A DNA stretch of 64,000 bases from the human T2T-CHM13v2.0 reference genome, Homo sapiens: the NCBI RefSeq assembly GCF_009914755.1, contig NC_060925.1, one strand, 5' to 3'. Below the pieces are notes generated by a model. That model had not been told where the DNA came from, did not search any database, and worked only from the letters and a program-made list of their open reading frames with translations. The position numbers and the translations under genes were made by a program. Positions 50,338 to 62,754 of this stretch are shown here, in pieces (within the stretch, counting starts at the first letter, position 1; each line of letters opens with the position of its first letter).

Positions 50338-52045
50338 TTTTCTTTTTTAAAAAAATGCTTTATTGACTTCATTGGCAAATTTATAAACGGTTAACATGGC
50401 TTCAACTAGTTGAAATTATGATTCACATCAACATGATGACAATTGTGTATACAGTTCATGTTGCACTCATACTGTACGCCTTCTTATTTGTGGTCCAGAA
50501 GAATGGCTGTTGCTCTTTCCTTCTTCATCCAGAGTCTTTTTGGTAGCTTTTAATTCCTTCTTCTGCTTCTCTACCTTCTGTTTCTCCAGCTGGGCTTGGT
50601 ATTTTCAAACTTTAGTTATTTGGTTGGCTTTTGCCTCCATCCTTCCCACTAATGCCTCCGATTCTCACACTAAGTTGTCTTTCAGTTCAACAGTTGCCAA
50701 CTCCTGGGTAAGTTTTGCATGCTGCCGGTGATTAAAGGTCCTATGTCCATTCATCCTGTAAAGTCTGTAAGACTTCTGACAATTCCTCATTAATGCTGTC
50801 AGAGGAGGGAGTTATTAATGACAACTTCTTACTTTCAACACATCTTGAAGATACTTGCTTTGCCAAAGGAACACTAATGACTGATCACTGCACAAAGCTT
50901 TACTGTGTTGCTTCATTAGATGCAATGCAAGACAAGCTGAACATTGGCTGCCACAGCATGGCTAAGACTTGTGGACTTCCCAGCTACAAATGGCACATCA
51001 CCCAAGCATAATCTATAATGTACTCGTGCACCAAAATAGTTCCTAGAACTTAGTTTTTCTTGTGGTTTTGACTTTTTTTAAAATTCTTCTTGCACTGGGA
51101 AAATGCGGACTTGCCTTATCTTCAATAATAAGTCTATTTGTTTCTAGACCAGTCTGTAACTTAGCTGCCTTAGTTTGTACATGTTTCCTTTCCTGTTCTT
51201 CTTCAGAGTTTTGCTACCAACTCTTACATTTTTCTTTCTGCAAGGGCCTGCACTGTGGAAAGTTATACTCCCATTCATAAAGATCCAATTTTTCAAGTTG
51301 GCTCCAAACATGTCTTTGATTGTATCGCCATTCTCTTTCTAGGGAAACCTGTTTCTCTAAGACAGATGTCCTCTCCCTTTCTGCATGCTTTATCATATTT
51401 CACATGTATTCCAATTGTTTTCCTAAAAGATTACATTTATTTTCTGCAGCTATCAACTGAGATATCAGTTCTTGATTGTGCTTTGATTCTTCATTCTTTG
51501 AATTCTCCCTTTCCCATATCTCTCCATCCAGTACCTTCTTGGATTCAATTGTTTCTCTAGACAAGGTTTTCACACTTTCTTCTGCCAGAATCCTTTCAAG
51601 TTCCAAGCATCAAATCTTACCTTTAAGATTCTTAAGAGCACAAAATATAGCTCTGCTGTTGCTTTCTGGATAGGCAAGTGTAGGCTTATTTGGGGAGTGT
51701 CGTAGATCACTCTTAAGGAAAGGCTTATCGGATGGATGTACTACATTTGGAGATGAAGAATGCTGAACAGGCTTCCCTAAGGCCCTGATGGTTCAGTTAA
51801 GATGTTTGAGAACTGAGAACCAGAAGCAGCAGAGACCAACGCCACCCAGGGAGCCTCCACAGGTCTGAGACATCTGGGTTCTCGTACTCTCCTTCAAAAC
51901 TCAGGAGCTGCCCACCAGGGGTGATCCTAAGCTGAACCCCTGATAGAAAGGGGCAAAGGTGCTAGTGCTGGGCTTAGAAACCCCTGCCACACACTGGTGC
52001 CACTTTCTTAGTCTGTTGGGGACAACCACATAACTCAGTCTGGCC
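50338..52045 (-). pseudogene. CEP57: CEP57 (translokin) processed pseudogene including 5'UTR
   Basis: Minus-strand peptides [26 protein letters not shown]...[35 protein letters not shown] and MIKHAERERTSVLEKQVSLERE match CEP57. An N-terminal VSAASGS-like segment lies at ~51815-51840. Intronless and frameshifted. AATAAA (tttatt 50359-50364) and a decayed A-tail. The 5' boundary rests on recalled 5'UTR similarity. Confidence 0.92.
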
Positions 52046-52328
52046 TTAATCATAAATTTTGTGACCATGTGAAAGCCAACCATTTTTTGAAGGACAATTT
52101 GGTAATAAATAACAGATATTTTTAAACCCAAAGCCTTTGATCCAGAAATTTAATTCCTAGGAATCTGATGTCCAGAAACACTCATAAATGTGTACAAAGA
52201 TATTTTTATGGATTTCAGTTTAGCATTGTTTATAATAGGGAAAGAATAAAAATATCCTAAATGTCTATCTATAGGGGATTAATTTAATTATACTATATCT
52301 ATATTTTGCATTTCTTAAGAAGACTAGG

Positions 52329-52490
52329 TATATATATATATATATATATATATGTACTGATGTGGAATGGGGTTCATAACATATTGTTCAAAAAAATAAA
52401 AAGAAAAAAGTAAGTATTTCTTCATCTTGTTTTTAAGTTTATTTTTTAACTTTAAATGGATGTATGTGTACATATATATTGGGGTGTATG

Positions 52491-52524
<34 letters not shown>

Positions 52525-52535
52525 TATATATACAT
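52329..52535. repeat. (TA)n/(CA)n microsatellites within an ancient L1ME-like remnant (~52070-52700)
   Basis: tatatata runs at 52329-52352 and 52490-52530. Flanks include cctttgatccagaaatttaattcctagg. Confidence 0.8.
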
Positions 52536-53070
52536 ATTCACAGATGTAAATTTGTATATGCATAGAAAAAGTGTGAAGAAAAAAACTCACACCTAATAAT
52601 AAGCAATGGTTTCCTCTGGGGAACTGGATGGTATTTTTGCTATGTTACTTCTGTATTATAATTTTTAAATAATTTGTACTACCTTTGCAATTTTAAAAAT
52701 CAACAAAAATACTTCTTAAGGGAGTTGAAACTATGTTGCATGTATTTTGTTATCCAATCAGGATCGCATTACAATTAAACTAATTATATCGCTTTAAAGT
52801 TTAAGAAAACAGTGTTCAGTACTCTTTGGTCTCTCCCACTCTACAACAAATATAGGGAAATGGGAACATCACATCACTATTATACCACTAACTGTTCAAG
52901 GGGATCTAAATGTCATATCAGGCAGGGCAGTAGTCAAGTTTGTACAAGTTGCCATTTTAATTACACAATTTTAAGAAAAAAATATATAAAATTATGAATA
53001 TAAAATCAGGTATAAGGCTAAATATTTAGAAAAAGAAATCACAAAAAAATAAGTTCAAGAACGCTAACAA

Positions 53071-53215
53071 GCCAGACATAGCAGCTCATGCCTCTAAGCC
53101 CAGCTACTCAGGAGGCTGAGCCCAGGTATTGAGGCTGCAATGAGCTATGATGGCGCTGCTGCACTCCAGCCTGGGAAACAGTGTGAGACCCTGTCACAGG
53201 GAAAAAAAAAAAAGA
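53071..53215 (+). mobile_element. Free Alu monomer (FRAM/FAM-like) with internal deletion
   Basis: gccagacatagcagctcatgcc...cagctactcaggaggctgagcccagg...gaggctgcaatgagctatgat...gagaccctgtc plus poly(A). TSD caagaa(c/t)gctaacaa at 53056-53070 and 53274-53288. Confidence 0.85.
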
Positions 53216-54077
53216 CAGAAAAAAGAATGCATCATTCTTAGGTGAGAAGTCACTTGGAAAAAAGAAAAAAACACAAGAATGCTAACAAACACAACAATGA
53301 TATAATCCAGAAAAATAACAAATTTTATTAACGTTGCTATTTTTAGAATACATTTCTATAATACTATTTTCTTACACTTTTTGGCTAGATGCTCTTTTAA
53401 CAAGAATTTTGTAATATCATTTTCTACAGAAGCAACATTATTTAGTGTTTCCTCTAGCACAATTTATGGAAATATGTTTTTTATTATTGACTGTCTCAAA
53501 AGGTTTTTTGCTTCAAATTTCATTATTGTTAATGACATGCAAAATGTTTAGGATCATTGTCCTATAATGAGGGGAAATTCTATCAAGTGTCTTTCATATA
53601 TCAACTGTAAAATTTCAGGGCACTTCAAGTTTCTTGTAGAGTGAGTAATCTTAAACGATCATTCATTAAGATCATTCATTAACTGATTTGTCATCAGTGT
53701 CCTCATTGTAGTAGCATTTTGTGAGTTTTTGATTATTTTTTGTTTATATGTTGTGTCAAATCAGCAAGAAATTTATTTTCCAGTTATGTTTGAATAATTA
53801 ATTTCTCTTAATTTAATCATCAAACAAGCTAAGAGTTGATCATTACTTCTGATGAAATTTACCTCTTTCTATTAATGACATAACTGGGTTTTGGGTAAAA
53901 TAAATGTTTTGGGGTATGATCTGCATGATGTTTCATATGGAACCACCAAACTGTGTCAGGACAAGATTTATCAAATACATTAAGATGTTTCATAGCATAT
54001 TGGTATGCATAAGATATGCAAGTTCACACATATATAGACTCTTTATTTGTAATACTGCTTAAGATTTATGTCTTATA

Positions 54078-54917
54078 CAGGCAATAACAAATGCTAGTGA
54101 AGATGTGGAGAAAAGAGAACCCTCATACACTGTTGGTGGGAATGTAAATTAGTAAAACCATTATGGAAAACAATTTAGAGGTTCCTCAAAAAACTAAAAA
54201 TAGAGGTACCATGTGATCCAGGAATCCAACTCCTAGTATATACCCAAAAGAAAGGAAATCAGTATATCGAAGAGATATCTGCACCCCCATGTTTGTTGCA
54301 GCACCATTCATGATAGCCAAGATTTGGAAGCAACCTAGTGTCTATCAACAGATGAATGGATAAAGAAAATGTGGTATTAATACATATCCACAATGGAGCA
54401 CTATTTGGCCATAAAAAAGAATGAAATTCTGTCATTTGCAACAACATAGATGGAAGTGAAATAAGCCAGGCACAGAAAGACAAACATTGCATGTTCTCAC
54501 TTATCTGTGGGAGCAAAAAGTTAAAATAATTGAATTCATGGAGATAGAGAGTGAAAGGATGGTTACCAGAGGCTGGGGAGGGAAGTCCACATGGAGGGGT
54601 TGAAGGAAACAGGGGGATGGTTAACGGGTACAAAAAAAAATAGTTAGAAAAAACAAATAAGACCTAGTATCTGATAGCACAACAGGGTAAATATAGTAAA
54701 AAATAATTTCATTGTTCATTTTAAAATAACTAAAGCAGTATAATTGGACTGTTTGAAACACAAAGGATAAATGCTTGAGGTAATGGATATCCTATTTACC
54801 CTGATGTGATCATTGTGCACTGTATGCCTGTATCAAAATATCTCATGCAACCCACAAACATATGCACTGAATATGTACCCACAAAAATTAAAACTTAAAA
54901 ATTAAAATATATATATA
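54078..54917 (+). mobile_element. 5'-truncated L1MA-type 3' end
   Basis: caggcaataacaaatgct...gatgtggagaaaagagaaccctc...tatgtacccacaaaaattaaaa. TSD tatgtc(t/c)tata at 54067-54077 and 54918-54928. Confidence 0.9.
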
Positions 54918-55977
54918 TATGTCCTATAAACACAAGAATTTGCATAAATTTGATTGGACACAATTTTCTTTGAAAAGTGTGTGATGCAGTATAACTATAT
55001 ATGCTGCCTAAAAAATAAATTCCTGACATAAGAGAATGGCCATTTTCAAGATCTTTGTATTCTGGGCCCTCGCTTTACAGGCTACTTCTAAGCCCCTGGG
55101 AGGGGCCCTCGCATGAGTACACATGATTATCCATTTGTCCAGTTTGGAAAAGTCAGATAATTTTATGACAAATGGTTAATAACACTGTGTCTTCCCATAC
55201 TGACTTCTCCATCACACATCCCTTCATGTTAGATAGTGTTAACAATGGGCATTTCTGAGACCTGGACTGAATCATTCAGAGAACTAAACTCTTTGCTACA
55301 ATTCCACACTCTCACGACTGCAAGGACTTTCCACAGAGTAGCTTCCAGCCCCATACACTCCATATCTTGTCTCCCATCCATGGATCAACATTTGTATATT
55401 TTACCACGGCACACATTCATCTGACGATACAGCCTCCGAACCTATCTCTTTGTGTTACAGTGCCAGATGAATCAGCACAGAGGATTCCGTTTTCTAGAAA
55501 CCATTCCTATGCAAGATCACGTAGTAATAATTCACTACACGTGGAAATGACAGTAAAATACATAAATACCTCCCACTTAACCTAAATTAAATGAATCCTC
55601 AACTTAACCTCCCAAAAATGCTCACTTCCAACCCTACCAACAGAAAGGACTTTTGACAGAGGAGAAGTTGTAGTGTTAAGAGTCAGGGGGTTTATGGAGT
55701 AAAAATAACTTCTTTTTGCAAATTTTGCAAAAACATAAGATCATGTGAACCCACTGCCAGTGTCCCTCTAAGGAGCTCATGCCATGAAGGACCCTGAAGT
55801 TCAAGCTTCTTTAACTTCATGGAAAATCTGCCTCTGAACATAAGACCCTGCTTAGGAGGACACTCAGGGAAAAGGATCATCAGAACTGTCTAAAAATTCC
55901 CCAATGGAATAAAACCCTAATGTGGCCTATGAGGGCCTGCCTCCTTGACCTACACCTGTCTCTACAGCATTTCATAC

Positions 55978-56505
55978 TGAGAGGTGAAGCCAGCTGGACT
56001 TGCTGGGTTGAGTGGGGACTTGGGGAACTTTTCTGTCTTACAAGAGGATTGTAAGAGGCACCAATCAGCACTCTGTAGCTAGGATTGTAAAATGGACCAA
56101 TCAGCACTCTGTAGCTAGCAAAGGGATTGTAAAATGCATCAATCAGTGCTCTGTAAAATGCACCAATCAGCACTCTGTAAAACGCACCAATCAGCAGGAT
56201 CCTAAAAGTAGCCAATCACAGGGAGGATTGAAAAAGTCACTCTAATAGGACAAAAATGGAACACGCGAGGGGACAAATAAGGGAATAAAAGTTGGCCACC
56301 CCCATTCAGCAGCAGCAATCCACTCAGGTCCCCTTCCACACTGTGGAAGCTTTGTTCTTTCACTCTTCACAATAAACTTTGCTACCACTCACTCTTTGGG
56401 TCCATACCATCTTTAAGAGCTGTAACACTCACTGCAAAGGTCCATGGTTCCATTCTTGAAGTCAGCGAGACCACAAAACCACCAGCAGAACCAACTCCAG
56501 ACACA
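55978..56505 (+). mobile_element. HERV9 5' LTR (LTR12, LTR12F-like) with tandem CCAAT repeats
   Basis: tgagaggtgaagccagctggac...ccagacaca. Repeated ccaatcagcactctgta units and AATAAA at 56371. Near-identical copy at 63538-64000. Confidence 0.93.
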
Positions 56506-56508
56506 TCT

Positions 56509-56526
56509 TGTGGGCTCCTCCAGAAT
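56509..56526 (+). promoter_or_regulatory. Retroviral primer binding site, tRNA-Pro-like
   Basis: tgtgggctcctccagaat matches the tRNA-Pro PBS TGGGGGCTCGTCCGGGAT at 14/18 positions, 3 nt after the LTR end. Confidence 0.6.
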
Positions 56527-57704
56527 ATTGCCATGCAGTGAGTACCATTGGACCCCTTTTGCTTGCTATTCTGTCCTGTTTTTCCTCAGAATTCGGGGGC
56601 TAAATACCAGGCACCTGTTGGCCAGTTAAAAGTGACTAGCACAGGGCCTGACTAAAGACACGGGTGTCAGGCTTTCTGGGAAAGGGCTCTCTAACCATCC
56701 CTGACTCTTTGGAGTTGGGAGCATTGGTTTTCCTGGAACCAGATTCCGCTTTCCCTGTACTTCTGGGCTGAGCCAAGGGTCAACAGAGAAGAAAGCCATT
56801 CAGCTTCGGGGTCCCGACAACAAGTTGGTTGACCCTGCAGCCATGAGCAGAACTCTCAAAGTTACATCACCCAAGAGAGACTAGCCCATCTATCCTATCT
56901 ATCCTGACCCTTGCCTCCTAGGTCCTGATGCCTGTCAGACAAACTTCCTCCCACCTCTCTTCTCCAAGGCTAGTCCTGTTTCTAAAAACCACTCCCTGTC
57001 CCTGGCGCTCTTCTAGTTTATCCTATAAGAATGATTTCTAGTATAAATTTCAGGACTCTGTTCCCTTCTTTAGGCACCCAGGCTCACCAATAAGAAAGAT
57101 ATAATTATTGCCCAAAGCCCCATCAGTGGGGGGACTATCTGGAATTTTAGGATCCCTCCTCAGACTAGCAGGCCTAAAAAAGGCTATTCCCAAAGCTAGG
57201 ATATGGGGAGCCTCAGAAATTATAGACTCCAAAATTGGGGGGGATATCATTCCCATTCATATGATGAGAAGTGAGGACAAAAGGCATCACTCTTCCCACC
57301 CTGGAGATCCCTTCCCTCCCTCAGGGTATGGCCCTCCACTCCATTTTGAGGCACATCATCTTTATAGGACAAGTGTAAGGTCCCAATACTAACAGAAGAA
57401 AAGGCTTAGGACTCTAACAGGTTTTTGAGAATGCGTCAGTAAGGACAACTAAATCTGACTTTTCTTGGTACTCTTTGTGGTCTAAGAGGAAAGGCAAGGG
57501 TGCAGATTTTTGAGAATGCTTCGGTAAGGGCCACTGAATCTGACCTTCCTCAGTCCTCTTTGTGGTCTAGGAGGAAAACTAGTGTTTCTGCTGCTGCTTC
57601 AGTGAGCGCAACTATTCTGAACAGCAGGGTCCAGGGACCGTTGCAGGTTCTTGGGTGGGAGGAAAAAAAACAGACCAAAACTACGGGTGGTTTTTTTCTT
57701 TCAG

Positions 57705-59173
57705 ATGGGAAACACTCAGGCATCAACAGGCTCACCCTTGAAATGCATCCTAAGCCATTGGGACCAACTGGACTCATAAACCCTGAAAAAGAAGTGGCTT
57801 ATTTTTTTCTGCAATACAACCTGGCCCCAATATTCTTCCTCTGATGGGGAAAAATGGCCACCTGAAGGGAGCATAAATTACAATACTATCCTGCAGCTTG
57901 ACCTTTTCTGTAAGAGAGAAGGAAAATGGAGTGAAATACTTTATGTCCAAGCTTTTTTTTTCACTGAAGGAGAATACACACTATGCAAAGCTTGCAATTT
58001 ACATCCCACAGGAGGACCTCTCAGCTTACCCCCATTTCCTAGCCTCCCTATAGCTCCTCTTCCTATTAATGATGAGCCTCCTCTAATCTCCTCCACCCAG
58101 AAGGAAACAAGCAAAGGACTCTCCAAGGGACCACAGAAAACCCTGGGCTATCAGTTATGTCCCCTTCAAGCTGTAGGGGGAGGGGAATTTGGCCCAACCC
58201 GAGTACATATCCCCTTCTCCCTCTCTGATTTAAAGCAGATCAAGGCAGACCTGGCGAAGCTTTCAGATGATCCTGATAGATATACAGATGTCCTACAGGG
58301 TCTAGGGCAAACCTTCAATCTCACTTGGAGAGATGTCATGCTATTGTTAGATCAAACCCTGGCCTTTAATGAAAAGAATGCGGCTTTAGCTGCAGCCTGA
58401 GAGTTTGGAGATACCTGGTATCTTAGTCAAGTAAATGATACAATGACAGCCGAAGAAAGGGGAGAATTCTCTGTTGTTCAGCAAGCCATCCCCAGTATGG
58501 ATCCCCACTGGGACCTAGACTCATATCATTGCGACTGGAGTCACAAAAATCTGTTGACATGTGCTCTAGAAAGACTAAGAAGAATTAGGAAAAAGCCCAT
58601 TAATTATTCAATGATGCCCACCATAACTCAGGGAAAAGAAGAAAATCCTTCTGCCTCCCTCAAGTGGCTATGGGAGGCCTTAAGAATATATACTCCCCTG
58701 TCACCTGACTCCCTTGAGGGTCAATTGATCCTAAAAGATAAGTTTATTACCCAATCAGCCACAGATATCAGGAGAAAGCTCCAAAAGCGAGCCCTGGGCC
58801 CTGAACAAAATCTGGAGGCGTTATTAAACCTGGCAACATCAGTATTCTATAATAGGGACCAAGAGGAACAGGCTGAAAAGGAAAAGTGAGATCAGAGAAA
58901 GGCCCTTAGTCATGGTCCTTAGTCATGGCCCTCAGACAAACAAACCTTGGTGGTTCAGAGAGGACAGAAAATGGAGCAGGCCAATCACCCAGTAGGGCTT
59001 GTTATCAGTGTGGTTTACAAGGACACTTTAAAAAAGATTGTCCAATGAGAAACAAGCCACCCCCTCATCCACGTCCCCTATGCTGAGGCAGTCACTGGAA
59101 GATGCACTGCCCCAGACTGCAATGGTTCTCTGGGCCAGAAGCCCCCAACCAGATGATCCAACAACAGGACTGA
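57705..59173 (+). pseudogene. gag: HERV9 gag (disrupted)
   Basis: ATG GGA (myristoylation Gly) at 57705. MHR-like ITQGKEENPSA in ORF 58443-58889. CCHC zinc knuckle CYQCGLQGHFKKDC at ~59000-59040. TGA at 59171-59173. Internal stops and frameshifts. Confidence 0.9.
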
Positions 59174-62100
59174 GGGTGCCCAGGGCAAGCACCAGCTCAT
59201 GTCATCACCCTCACTGAGCCCCAGGTACGTTTGACCATTGAGGGCCAGGAAATTGACTTCCTCCTGGACACTGGTGTGGCCTTCTCAGTGTTAATCTCCT
59301 GCGCTGGACGGCTGTCCTCAAGGCCCGTTACCATCTGAGGAATCCTGGGACAGCCTGTAACCAGGTATTTCTCCCACCTCCTCAGTTGTAACTGACAGAC
59401 TTTGCTTTTTTCACATGCCTTTCTTGTTATGCCTGTAAGTCCCACACCCTTATTAGGGAGGGATATATTAGCCAAAGCTGGAGCTATTATCTATATGAAT
59501 ATGAGGAAAAAGTTACCCATTTGTTGTCCCCTGCTTGAGGAGGGAATCAACCCTGAAGTCTGGGCATTGGTAGGAAAATTCAGAAGGGCAAAAATGCCTG
59601 CCTAGTCCAAATCAGGCTAAAAGACCCCCCTACTTTTCCTTATCAAAGGCAATATCCCTTAAGACCTGAAGCTCATAAAGGGTTACAGGATATTGTCAGA
59701 CATTTAAAAGTTCAAGGCTTAGTAATAAAATGCAACAGTCCCTGCCACACCCCAATTCTAGGAGTAAAAAAACCAAATGGTTAGTGGAGACTAGTGCAAG
59801 ATCTTAGACTAATCAATGAGGCAGTAATTCCTCTATATGCAGCTGTACCCAACCCCTATACCCTGCTTTCTCAAATACCAGAGGAAGCAGAATGGTTCAC
59901 TGTTCTGGACCTCAAGGATGCCTTCTTCTGCATTCCCATGAATTCTGACTCCCAGTTCCTCTTTGCGTTTGAGGATCCCACAGACCACACGTCCCAACTT
60001 ACATGGACGGTCTTGCCTCAAGGGTTTAGGGATAGCCCTAATCTGTTTGGTCAGGCACTGGCCCAAGATCTAGGCCACTTCTCAAGTCCAGGCACTCTGG
60101 TCCTTCAGTATGTGGATTATTTACTTTTGGCTACCAGTTCAGAAGCCTCATGCCAGCAGGCTACTCTAGATCACTTGAACTTTCTAGCTAATCAAGGGTA
60201 CGAGGCGTCTAAATTGAAGGCCCAGCTCTGCCTACAACAAGTCAAATATCTAGGCCTAATCTTAGCCAGAGGAACCAACACCCTCAGCAAAGAATGAAGA
60301 CAGCCTATACTGGCTTGTCCTCACCCTAAGACATTAAAACAGTTGCAGGGGTTCCTTGGGATCACTGGTTTTTGCTGACTATGGATCCCCGGATACAGCA
60401 AGATGGCCAGGCCACTCCATACTCTAATCAAGGAGACCCAGAGGGCAAATACTCATCTAGTAGAATGGGAACCAGAGGCAGAAACAGACTTCAAAACCTT
60501 AAAGCAGGCCCTAGTACAAGATCCAGACTTAAGCCTTCCCACAGGACAAAACTTATATTTATACATCACAGAGAGAGTGGGAATAGCTCTTGGAGTCCTT
60601 ACTCAGACTCGTGGGACAACCCCACAACCAGTGGCATACCTAAGTAAGGAAATTGATGTAGTAGCAAAAGGCTGGCCTCACTGTTTACAGGTAGTTGCAG
60701 TGGTGGCCATCTTAGTATCAGAGGCCATCAAAATAATACAAGGAAAGAATCTCACTGTCTGGACTACTCATGATGTAAATGGCATACTAGGTGCCAGAGG
60801 AAATTTATGGCTATCATACAACAAACTGCTTAGATACCAGGCGCTACTCCTTGAGGGACTGGTGCTTCAAATACACATGTGTGTGGCCCTTAACCCTGCT
60901 ACTTTTCTCCCAGAGGATGGGGAACCAATCAAGCATGACGGACAACAAATTGTAGCCCAGACTTATGCCACCCAAGAGGATCTCTTAGAAGTCCCCTTAG
61001 CTAATCCTGACCTTAACCTATATACCGATGGAAGTTCATTTGTGGAGAATGGGATACGAAGGGCAGGTTATGCCATAGTTAGTGATGTAACAGTACTTGA
61101 AAGTAAGCCTCTTCCCCCAGGGACCAGCACCCAGTTAGCAGAACTAGTGGCACTTACCTGAGCCTTAGAACGGAGAAAGGGAAAAAGAATAAATGTGTAT
61201 ACATATAGCAAGTATGCTTATCTAATCCTACATGCCCATGCTGCAATATGGAAAGAAAGGGAGTTCCTAACCTCTGGGGGAACCCCCAATAAATACCACA
61301 AGGAAATCATGAAGTTATTGCACAAAGTACAAAAACCCAAGGAGGTGGCAGTCTTACACTGCCAAAGCCATCAAAAAGGTGTAGGAGAAAAGGCAGAAGG
61401 AAACCATCGGGCAGATGCTGAGGCCAAAATTGCTGCCAGGAGGAACCTCCCATTAGAAATACCTATGGAAGGACCCTTGGTATGGAACAACCCCCTCCAA
61501 GAGACTAAGCCCCAGTATTCCCCAACTGAAACAGAATGGGGACTTTCACGGGGGCATAGTTTTCTCTCCTCAGGGTGGTTAATGACAGAAGAGGGAAAAG
61601 TACTCATACCCCAAGCCAGCCAGTGGAAAATACTTAAGACCCTCCACCAAACTTTTCACACGGGTATAGAGAACACTCATCAAATGGCCAAATCCCTTTG
61701 TACAGGGCCAAATCTCCTCTGGACCATCCAATAAGTAATCAAAGCCTGCGAGGTGTGCCAAAGGAATAATCCCTTGGTCCATCATAAGGCCCCTCTGGGG
61801 GAACAAAGAATAGGGCACTATCCCAGAGAGGACTGGCAGTTAGACTTCAACCATATGACTAAGTCAAGGGGATTTCAATACTTGTTGGTCTGTGCTGACA
61901 CCTTTACAAATTGCATAGAAGCCTGCCCCTGCAAGACAGAGAAGGCTCAGGAAGTAGTTAAAGACCTAATTCATGAAATAATTCCTAGATTTGAGCTTCC
62001 CCAAAGATTATAAAGTGACAATGGTCTGGCTTTTAAAGCCACAGCAACTCAGGGAATTTCCAGGGTGCTAGGGATACAATATCACCTTCACTGCACCTGC

Positions 62101-62750
62101 AGGCCACAATCCTCAGAGAAGGTCGAGAAGGCAAATGAAACACTCAAGAGGCACTTAAGGAAACTAACACAAGAAACTCATCTCCCATGGCCTACTCTCT
62201 TGCCCATGCCCTTGTTAAAAATCCGAAATTCTCCTCACAACATGGGGCTCAGTCAATATGATATGCTATATGGGTGACTTTTTCTCACAAATGACCTCCT
62301 ACTTGATCAGGAAATGGCCAACTTGGTCAAGGAAATAACTTCCTTGGCAAAATATCAACAAAACCTTAAGAACCTACCCAAAGGATATCACAGAGACAAG
62401 GGAACAGAGTTGTTCCAACCAGGAGATCTAGTGTTGGTCAAGTCCCTCCCCTCTACCTCCCCATCTATGGATTTCTTGTGGGAAGGACCATACTCGGTAA
62501 TCCTCTCTACCCCCACTGCAGTTAAGGTGGCAGGAGTGAAATCTTAGATTCACCACACCGGAGTTAAACTTTGGACACCCCCTGAGGAACCTGCAAGACT
62601 GTAAGCTCAGGAGACCCAAGATCAGCCAGACCAGCCTCGATACACCTGTGAACCATTGGAGGACTTGTGTCTCCTATTTTGGAAGGAAATATCCCAGACT
62701 GAAAAGACTCCTACAGCTGATTCTGAGGAAAAACCCCTTCCGACTTAAAA
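59174..62750 (+). pseudogene. pol: HERV9 pro-pol (protease, RT, RNase H, integrase; disrupted)
   Basis: FLLDTG at ~59260. QDLR, LDLKDAFF, LPQGF and YVDY (mutated YVDD). YTDGSS and AELVAL (RNase H). HHCC region, WQLDF and GPY motifs (integrase). Several in-frame stops. Confidence 0.93.
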
Positions 62751-62754
62751 AAGA

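Larger units (their letters stand above)
52923..55836. mobile_element. hAT-Tip100 DNA transposon fossil (Zaphod/MER115-like), interrupted by an Alu monomer and an L1
   Basis: Left end caggg...ttaagaaaaaaatatataaaattatgaatataaaatcaggta and right end aagcttctttaacttcatggaaaatctgcctctg resemble recalled MER115/Zaphod termini. Confidence 0.6.

Noticed and set aside
56050-56220. Regularly spaced direct repeats resembling a CRISPR array (also 63610-63800)
   Set aside because: These are tandem CCAAT-containing units of the LTR12 U3 region. There are no unique spacers or cas genes, and the context is eukaryotic.
59794-61734. HERV9 pol ORFs as functional genes
   Set aside because: Fragmented by stops, and the RT catalytic motif reads YVDY instead of YVDD.
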